Below, piece after piece: positions 24,449 to 31,806 of a stretch of DNA of 31,806 bases. Made by a program: the position numbers and the translations under genes. Location of the stretch: positions 1-31,806 of the forward strand of contig NW_021829678.1 of assembly GCF_006345805.1 (NCBI RefSeq), in the 5' to 3' direction. Under the pieces are notes generated by a model, which worked only from the letters and a program-made list of their open reading frames with translations, made no database searches and was not told the DNA's origin. This DNA is from Octopus sinensis (Eukaryota). Within the stretch, counting starts at the first letter, position 1, and each line of letters starts with the position of its first letter.

Positions 24449-24488
<40 letters not shown>

Positions 24489-24490
24489 CT
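23575..24490. repeat. (TA)n/(TACA)n tracts with embedded unique cassettes
   Basis: Directly visible; includes a ~160-bp-offset duplication (23943 vs 24103). Confidence 0.85.
24276..24454 (-). mobile_element. (TA)n-flanked fold-back cassette with 3' half of a hammerhead
   Basis: 49-bp arms 24342-24390 and 24406-24454 (4 mismatches). Minus strand across the loop reads CG-GGAA-CGT GAAA CTCCGAG TA, i.e. stem II remnant, GAAA, stem III and a GUA triplet. Confidence 0.65.
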
Positions 24491-24853
24491 ATATAGATGT
24501 TTATAGATATATTCATAAATATGTATGTATGTACGCATACATATACACGGCCCACGTTAGCTTTTGGGTTATATAGTCTAAATATCATCAATAAATTATT
24601 TTCTATTGTCTATAATTTAATTAATCTCTTGACTATACTAATTCCCTATATTGGAACAGTAACTTATCGCTGGGTTTGCTACGGTTGTTGATTGTTTCTA
24701 TCTCATGGTTACTAGCTGAGTTCACTTTTTAAGATTGTCTTAAGCTATTGAATACATTCTCTTGAAATTACTCCGTTCATTGTAGCATTCCGGATAGGAT
24801 CGTCCTCGTTCTGACACCATATTTAGCTTCCATCTTGTAATTTTACCACTCTA

Positions 24854-25188
24854 TAGACTACGGCTATGCTGGGGCTCTGCCTTGATGAATTTTTAGTCGC
24901 ATGAATTGAGATCAGTACTTATGATTATGTTCTTGTAAAGGGTACTTATTTCATCGGTTTCTATTCTCGAACCGCTAAGTTACGGTGACGCAAAAACACC
25001 AACACCACATACATCCCCCACCCCACTTCTTTCAGTTTCATTCAGTTTCCATCTACCAAATCCACGCAGGATACTTTGACCAGCCCCAAAACTAGAGTAG
25101 GAAAGCCCCCTATGGTGCCACGCAGTGGAACTAAACCCGGAACTATGAAATTAAGAAACAAACTTTTTACCATACAGCCACGCCTGAG
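24854..25188 (-). mobile_element. SINE family A, strongly diverged
   Basis: GAACCGCTAAGTTACG, CAGTTTCCATCTACCAAATCCAC and GGTGCCACGCAGTGGAACTAAACCCGG match family A. Confidence 0.85.
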
Positions 25189-25269
25189 CATTTCTGTTTT
25201 AAATTATGTCATTAACCGATTAATTTCATGGTGGGTGGTTACTGATTTGCAGAACCCATCCTCTGCGAA

Positions 25270-25490
25270 AGTATCCATGGTTTTTTTAAAAAACTCCAAA
25301 CTAAACTTGCGGCTACAAACATTCATAATTTGGAAACGGTGTCCAAGATGTTTCTCGGATCTGGCGTCTTACTTGATGTGGATCTGCATACGGTAAGCGG
25401 TTGACCATGTGATCCTCAATATAGTAGCCTCTGCTTGTGCAGTTTAGGGCTTCATTTAATGAGATAGGGCAGAGGACAGAGAGAAATGAT
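25270..25490 (-). mobile_element. Degenerate non-LTR retrotransposon RT fragment (R4/Dong- or RTE-like)
   Basis: Minus strand LCPISLNEALNCTSRGYYIEDHMVNRLPYAD then, frameshifted, IK*DARSEKHLGHRFQIMNVCSRKFSLEF, matching the YxDD-IKLYA...FS.DI.LEF region. Confidence 0.65.
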
Positions 25491-25579
25491 GAAGGGGGAA
25501 TTTTCATGGAATATTACCGTTTTTATATGGATTGTCTCGGTTGGTAGAATAACGACAACATCTGCAGTGTGTAAAATAC

Positions 25580-27180
25580 CAACAGCAGCAGCAGCAGCAG
25601 CACCCCCACCACCACCACCACCACCACCACCACACCACCATCATCACCACCACCATCGCCGCCGCAGCCATCACCACCACCACCACCACCTCCACCACTA
25701 CCATTAACATCACCACTACCACACCGTCATCATCACCACCATCGCCGCTGCCGCGGCCACCACCTCCACCGCCACCAACAACAACAACAATAATAACTAC
25801 AACACTAATATCACACCACTATCATCACTACCACCACTACAACTACCACCACCGTCACCATTACCACAACCATCATCACCAACAACAACACAACAACACT
25901 ACCACCACTACCACCAGAAACAGAACCACTAATACCACCGTCATCACGAAAAACGATCACAACCGCCACCACCACCACCACCACCACCACTACCATCATC
26001 ACATCCGCCATCCCCACACCCATTATCGTAACAACCACCTATACAAGCACAGCTACCACTAACAACTCAACCACCACTACCAACAACACTACAATCACTA
26101 CCACCGCAACCACAACCACTGCTACAAACCACAATCACCACCGCAAGTATCACCAGCACCAGCACCACCACCACCACCACCAATACTACCACTATCATTA
26201 CCACCACAGCCACCTCAAACACCAACACCACGACTACCAATACTACCACTAGCAACACTGCCACCACAACCACTACCACCCCGTCACCACCACACAATCA
26301 CCACCACTACACCACCACCTCAACCACTACCACACCATCCCCACCACACAATCACCACTACTACCACCACCACCACCATCCCCACCACACAATCACCACT
26401 ACTACCACCACCACCACCACCACCACCACTACCATCACCACCAGCACCACTACTGCCACTACAAACACAACTACCACCACAAGCACCAACACGCCCACCA
26501 CCATAACCACCACAACTACCACTACTACAAACCAGCACCAGCCCCAACACCAGCACCACCTCCACCAGCACCAATACTACCACTACTACCACCTCAACCG
26601 CTACCACTACCAACACCACCACCACGACGCCCACCACCACTACCACCTCAACCACAGCTACAACTACCGTTACAGCTAACACTACCAAAACATCCACCAC
26701 CACCACCACCTCCCGTACGACCGTCAACAGCAGCAACAATAACAACAACAACAACGAAGAATTCGGTAGTAATTGCAGTGTTGGCAAATAGTGCTGGTAT
26801 TGGCAGTGACTGCGACAGATGTTACTAAGGCAGCCGACATAGAGACGACAACCTCAACAGCAGCAGCGGTAGCGGTTAAGAGCGTTATTCAGTGCAGCAG
26901 CAACAACAGAAGTGACAACAGCAACAACAGAAGTGACAACGAGAGCTGCAACAGTCGGAAGAAGAACAACAATAGAAAGAAACAACAAGGTTCGAATCGG
27001 TTGTAGTAATATAAGAGCAGCAGCAGCAGCAACTGGAACGGCAAGCACAGCAGCACAGCAACGGTGGCTACATCGGTAGCAAAGACAGCAGTAAACAGTA
27101 AAAGTATTTCCGCAGCATGAGCTGCAGTAACCGCAGTAACATCAGCTGCAGGCTGTGTGTGTGTGTGTGTTTGTGCGTGT
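25580..27180. repeat. Long degenerate (ACC/ACT/AAC/AGC)n trinucleotide region ending in (TG)n
   Basis: Visible; CACCACACAATCACCACCACTAC-type units recur at 26288-26405. Confidence 0.88.
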
Positions 27181-27184
27181 GTGT

Positions 27185-27277
27185 GTGGCTGTGTGGTAAG
27201 TAGCTTGCTTCCCAACCACATGGTTCCGGGTTCAGCCCCACTGCGCGGTACCTTCGTCAGTGTCTCTACTATATATA

Positions 27278-27325
<48 letters not shown>

Positions 27326-27387
27326 AATATATATATATATATATATTATATATAGCTGGGCCAAGCAAAGCCTTGTGAGTGGATTTA
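27185..27387 (+). mobile_element. SINE family A 5' part split by an ~85-bp (TA)n expansion
   Basis: Head intact; consensus CTACTATAGC is interrupted at TATA by (TA)n at 27270-27354 and resumes GCTGGGCCAAGCAAAGCCTTGTGAGTGGATTT. Confidence 0.88.
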
Positions 27388-27407
27388 TTAACGATAACTA
27401 TATATAT

Positions 27408-27694
27408 ATAGAATGGTTGTATACTGTCAATCTAACAAGAACGTAACAGTAGGGGGTACACCACCGCTGTATAGCCCTAGGAAGCATCGAACGCCTCCTG
27501 ATGGCTTTGACACATTTTTCCCTGTGTCCTTATATACATATACGAGCGGAGACAAACACCCCCGGCTGCCGGAACTGCATCTAGGGACACGTCAACGCCA
27601 TCAGGAGGCGTTCGATGCTTCCTAGGGCTATACAGCGGTGGTGTACCCCCTACTGCCACGTTCTTGTTAGATTGACAGTATACAACCATTCTAT
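27408..27694. mobile_element. 287-bp palindromic element (MITE-like) with 104-bp terminal inverted repeats
   Basis: 27408-27511 pairs with 27591-27694 with 3 mismatches; 79-bp spacer; higher GC than the flanks; no clear TSD. Confidence 0.8.
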
Positions 27695-27752
27695 CGCCCC
27701 ACCACCGTACATGTCTCTACGAGAGATTTAGAAATTCAATATTTCTTATATA

Positions 27753-27909
27753 TATAATCAAAATAAGCAACAAGGATGTCCAAGGGTATCCTTGTTGCTT
27801 ATTTTAATTATAATCACCTTATTTTAAATTATATGGATAATACCATACTAAATTCTGGTGCCTTCAACTTAAGTACCATATTCATCTGAATCTAAATTTT
27901 ACTGAATTT
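27753..27909 (+). repeat. TA-flanked cassette starting with a 25-bp-stem hairpin
   Basis: 27753-27777 pairs with 27788-27812 (1 mismatch, 10-nt loop GTCCAAGGGT); unique sequence continues to (TA)n at about 27910. Confidence 0.75.
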
Positions 27910-28635
27910 ATATATATACACGTATGTATGTATATCTATATACATGTGTAATATATAAATAATATATATATATATAATGCGTTGTTATGTATATTATATA
28001 TAATTATATATACACACTACGTATATACATTATATATATATATATATGCGTGTGAGTGTGTGTGTATGTGTGGGTATTATAATGTAGAAACACACACGAC
28101 GTAGCTTACACCGTGTCGTGTCACAAAATTCGAACATCATGTATTATGCTGGTTTGGGTAGTATGCAGGACACAAACGACAAATGTATGTACGTATGTGC
28201 GATTGAATGCGGTGTCATGTATGGGCCGTTAGAATGCATGAATATATATACTTCGTAGTACTTATATCTATACATCATATGTATGAATGTATGTACTATA
28301 TATGTATGCATGACTATGTTGTATGTATGTATGTATGTATGTATGTATGTAGTATTGTATGTTATGGTATGTTGTATGCATGTATGTACATATGTATGTA
28401 TGTATTTATGTATGTATGTATGTATGTGTATGCATGTATGTATGCATGTATGCATGTATGTATGTTGTATTATGTGTGTATATATATATATATATGTATA
28501 TAATTATAATTTAGGTTCAGGCTAACTGCTCTAAATCATTACCGAAATTAATTAATTAATTTAATTAATAAATTTTACCCTTTTATAATATAATATATAT
28601 ATATAATATAATATAATATAATATATATATATATA
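27910..28635. repeat. (TA)n/(TATG)n tracts with short unique inserts
   Basis: Directly visible. Confidence 0.8.
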
Positions 28636-28884
28636 ACTAATAGACTTGAAGCTGATCATAAAAATGGGAGTTTCTGTCAAATAAACGCAAGGATATTAAC
28701 ACACAAGTAATACCCATATTTATAAACATTTTGAAAGATTACAGTTTTTTTTTGCTTGGCATTTAATCAGTGATTAAAAAGTATCGATTTTGTTCTTAAA
28801 ATTTACAAACTGTTACTCTCAAACCCCTACAATTAGTTTTAATTATATAGCTATGGAGAAGGTGAAGTGCACGACTCTTGCGCA

Positions 28885-28970
28885 TAATAATAAATAATAC
28901 TAATAATAATATTAATAATAATACTAATAATAATAATAATAACAATAAGATATAATAATAATAAATATAC

Positions 28971-29018
<48 letters not shown>

Positions 29019-29229
29019 TAAAATATAATAATATATAATAATATATAATAATAATAATGAATAATAATAACAACAAACAATAATAATAATAATAATAATA
29101 ATAATAATTAACAAACAATAACGACTATAGCAACAACACAACAAATGAGCTTCTCTGCCCTTGGTGAACGGAAAGCACTCGGCGAGAAATGGAAGAGAAT
29201 TTGAAGAAAGAAGGAAAATAATAATAATA

Positions 29230-29283
<54 letters not shown>

Positions 29284-29330
29284 TAATAATAATAATAATA
29301 ATAGTAGTAATAATAATAATAATAGCAATA
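28885..29330. repeat. (AAT)n arrays
   Basis: Directly visible. Confidence 0.9.
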
Positions 29331-29676
29331 ACAAATGCCCAGGTGCAGTACCAGGTAGAGGTTCTCCTGGCTTTTGATCTTAACGGACCACAAGTGTTAT
29401 CATGTACATGCTTTGTCTTGGCATAAAAGATGGCAAATATTCTGCTCAATATCACAGATTTGCATGTCAGTTGTTTGACCTTAACCATTCGAGCATGTCC
29501 CTTAGTGGCTGACGCTATGTCCGTCTCTGTTCGCAAAGTGTCTGAAGTTAAGTGGAGGTCAGATGTATGAATTAAATTATAGTCGTAAGCTTTACAAGTT
29601 GAAGTATATATTGTCAATTTTAGTTTTCAAATTTCCGGTGAGAAGTTGAATTATTATACGTATTGTGTTAATGTTC

Positions 29677-29782
29677 GGCGTGACTGTGTGGTAACAACTG
29701 TACTTCCTAAACACATGGTTCCGGGTTCAGTCCCACTATGAGGCGCCTTCGACAAGTATCTTCTGCTATAGCCAAGCAAAGC
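29677..29782 (+). mobile_element. SINE family A head fragment
   Basis: GACTGTGTGGTAAC...ACATGGTTCCGGGTTCAGTCCCACT...CAAGTATCTTCTGCTATAGCC. Confidence 0.85.
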
Positions 29783-29789
29783 GGGCAAT

Positions 29790-31440
29790 GAATAAAGTTG
29801 GTATATTAACGGACAAATGAAACAAAACGGTGCAATTAAAAAAGCAGTTGGATTACTTCAATAAATTTTGAGGCTAAAACAAATAATTTTTTCGGTGTTC
29901 CAGAAATCCATAAATCTAATGAAATCGATAATGTTAAACGATCTCCATATAACGTGTGTAAAGATTCTTAAAAATCTGATCTAAAATTTCGTCCAATGAT
30001 TACAGGACCAGCGTCTGGCACCTAACGATTAAGCAACTTGCTTGATATAATTTTAAAACTTTTGTGCAAAGAGTAAATAAAAAGACAATCATAGCTTGCT
30101 GTAACCAGTTTCTACACAAATATCTCCCTTAGATTAGGATTAGAAGCAATAAAAATCTGGATAAATGCCCACAAAGAATTCAGGAGAGATTCACAAAAGC
30201 GTTTATTCTTGAATGAATGCGGTTAGTACTGGAAAACAACTACTATGATAACAAATATTATCTGCATATACAAGGGGCAGGAATGGTGACAGAAGTTGCA
30301 CCGACATTTGGAACACTAGTGATGGGATACCTGGAAGAAAAATCTATACTCTGTCTAGAATTACTTTTGATAATCATTTCCAAACCTATATAAAGAGGAA
30401 CTAGAAACGATTCTTGAATAACTGCTCCATATTTTGGAGCAGGGTTCGGAGGAGCTTGCAAGATTCCTTAAATTAATAAACAGATTCATTAACCAATCCG
30501 ATTCACAAGGTAAATGAATGAATTTGGAACTCCCCTTCCTGGGTATTCTAATAATTAAAGAAAATGTGAGTTACAACCAATCTCTACTGTAAAGACACGT
30601 ACATACACTAATATTTAGACCTTAGATCTTGCCACACTTCTCACACAAAAGGAACATACTTTTCAATATGGCAAGGCGTATATGTTCTTTAGTTACAGAG
30701 ACCAGTGCAGGCGAGTGGCTTAGTGGTTAGGGTATTCGGCTTACGATCGTAAGATCCTGAGTTCAATTTCTGGCAAGGTCTTGTGTCCTTGAGCAAGACA
30801 CTTTATTTCCCCTTGTTCCTGTTCTAGTCCGCTCATCTGGCCAGAATGAGTAATACCGGCATTTCAAAGGGCGAGCCTTGTCACATTCTGTGTCTCACTG
30901 AATCTCACAAAGAACTACATTAAGGGTCCACGTGTTTGTGGAATGCTTAATCCCTTGCACGTTAATTTCACGAGGAGGCTGTTCCGTTGATCGGATCGAC
31001 AGGAACCCTCGTCGTCGCAACCGACGGAATGCCAGTTTAGTTTAAAAGACACCAATAGACGTGATAAATGACTGGCATTACTAAATATGTTCCTTTGCAA
31101 ACAGAAATATCCTCCAAGAGCTAATAACTCATGCCATAACTAAAGTAAAAGAAGTCCCGATTTCTGCCTTTCGGCGAAACACTCAAACTTCGGGTGAAGG
31201 AAACACAAATATGAATATCCCATTTGTTGTCTTCCATATTCCTAGGAACTACAACATCCTATATTCGTCTAGGCGATACTTCTTAATTCTACATCAATCA
31301 TCAAGGAAATGATAAATAATTTAAAAAACCACAAACCATCATCAAGCGACTCGAAGCAAAAGCGAGGTTCCTACCAAGAAAGAAATAATACTGGTAAAAA
31401 AAAGAAATGTGAAGATCTTCGCTGTGAGATATGGGAAATA
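29790..31440 (+). mobile_element. Degenerate Penelope-like element RT region, interrupted by a SINE
   Basis: Colinear PLE RT motifs: NFEAKTNNFFGVPEIHKS (FGVPEIHKS at 29891), DLKFRPMITGP...RLSNLLDIILK, YTNI..LGLEAIKIWI, YLHIQGAGMVTEVAPTFGTLVMGYLEEK, N*KRFLNNCSIFW (catalytic DD read as NN), ELPFLGILIIK, YLDLRSCH...FNMARRICSLVT; after the SINE QKYP and IPFVV. Many stops and frameshifts. Confidence 0.88.
30708..31035 (+). mobile_element. SINE family B, full length, nested in the Penelope-like element
   Basis: GTGGCTTAGTGGTTAGG head to GACGGAATGCCA tail, colinear with 1507-1829; PLE motifs resume after it. Confidence 0.9.
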
Positions 31441-31478
31441 ATTGGACAAAGAACAACCAAAAGATTGAAGAACAAGGA

Positions 31479-31570
31479 GGCAAGTGTCTTCTACTATAGC
31501 CTTGGGCCGACCAAAGCCTCGGAAGTGGATTTGGTAGGTAGAAACTGAAAGAAGCCCATCGTATATATAT
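31479..31570 (+). mobile_element. SINE family A internal fragment ending at its microsatellite
   Basis: GGCAAGTGTCTTCTACTATAGCCTTGGGCCGACCAAAGCC...GAAAGAAGCCCATCGTATATAT. Confidence 0.85.
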
Positions 31571-31576
31571 TTATAG

Positions 31577-31806
31577 TTAGTGGTTAGGGGCATTCGGCTC
31601 ATGATCGTAAGGTCTTGAGTTCAATTCCCGGCAACGCGTTGTGTCCTCGAGCAAGACACTTTATTTCACGTTGCTCCTGTCCACTCAGCTGTCAAAAATG
31701 AGTCGTACCTGTATTTCAAAGGGTCAGCTTTGTCATACTTTGTGTCACGCTGAATCTCCCCGAGAATTACGTTAAGGGTATACGTGTCTATGCAATGCTC
31801 AGCACT
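31577..31806 (+). mobile_element. SINE family B, runs off the window end
   Basis: TAGTGGTTAGGG...GAGTTCAATTCCC...GAGCAAGACACTTTATTTCACGTTGCTCC, colinear with other B copies. Confidence 0.88.

Noticed and set aside
25580-27120. Mucin-like Thr/Ser-rich coding region
   Set aside because: The reading frame shifts repeatedly and no splice or signal evidence is visible; explained as degenerate ACC repeat.
27413-27689. Two ORFs on opposite strands with the same N-terminus (MVVYCQSNKNV...)
   Set aside because: A direct consequence of the 104-bp inverted repeat, not a gene pair.

Overview
Eukaryotic, AT-rich, very repeat-dense DNA with no intact protein-coding gene that I can support. The SINE families look like those of octopus (coleoid cephalopod); this is recognition, not a database result. 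Nearly all ORFs in the supplied track are microsatellite artefacts. The window holds about 20 tRNA-headed SINE copies or fragments from about four families, fossil reverse-transcriptase fragments (two Penelope-like, one Tx1/L1-like, one R4/Dong- or RTE-like), a 5' mariner fragment and a 287-bp near-perfect palindromic element. The main finding is a set of short non-coding cassettes wedged between (TA)n tracts. Two carry minimal type I hammerhead ribozyme folds with self-complementary stem III (2770-2831, 21534-21581). One more carries a half hammerhead cut at a fold-back junction (24384-24405) and another a decayed candidate (23759-23794). Four cassettes share one geometry: short inverted copy, spacer, longer copy running into (TA)n. 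This suggests a (TA)n-associated, ribozyme-bearing non-autonomous retroelement system (Penelope pLTR or retrozyme-like), possibly mobilised by Penelope-like RTs such as those fossilised in this window. Hammerheads in Penelope-like elements are established; ribozyme activity, TA targeting and the mobilisation link here are inference.
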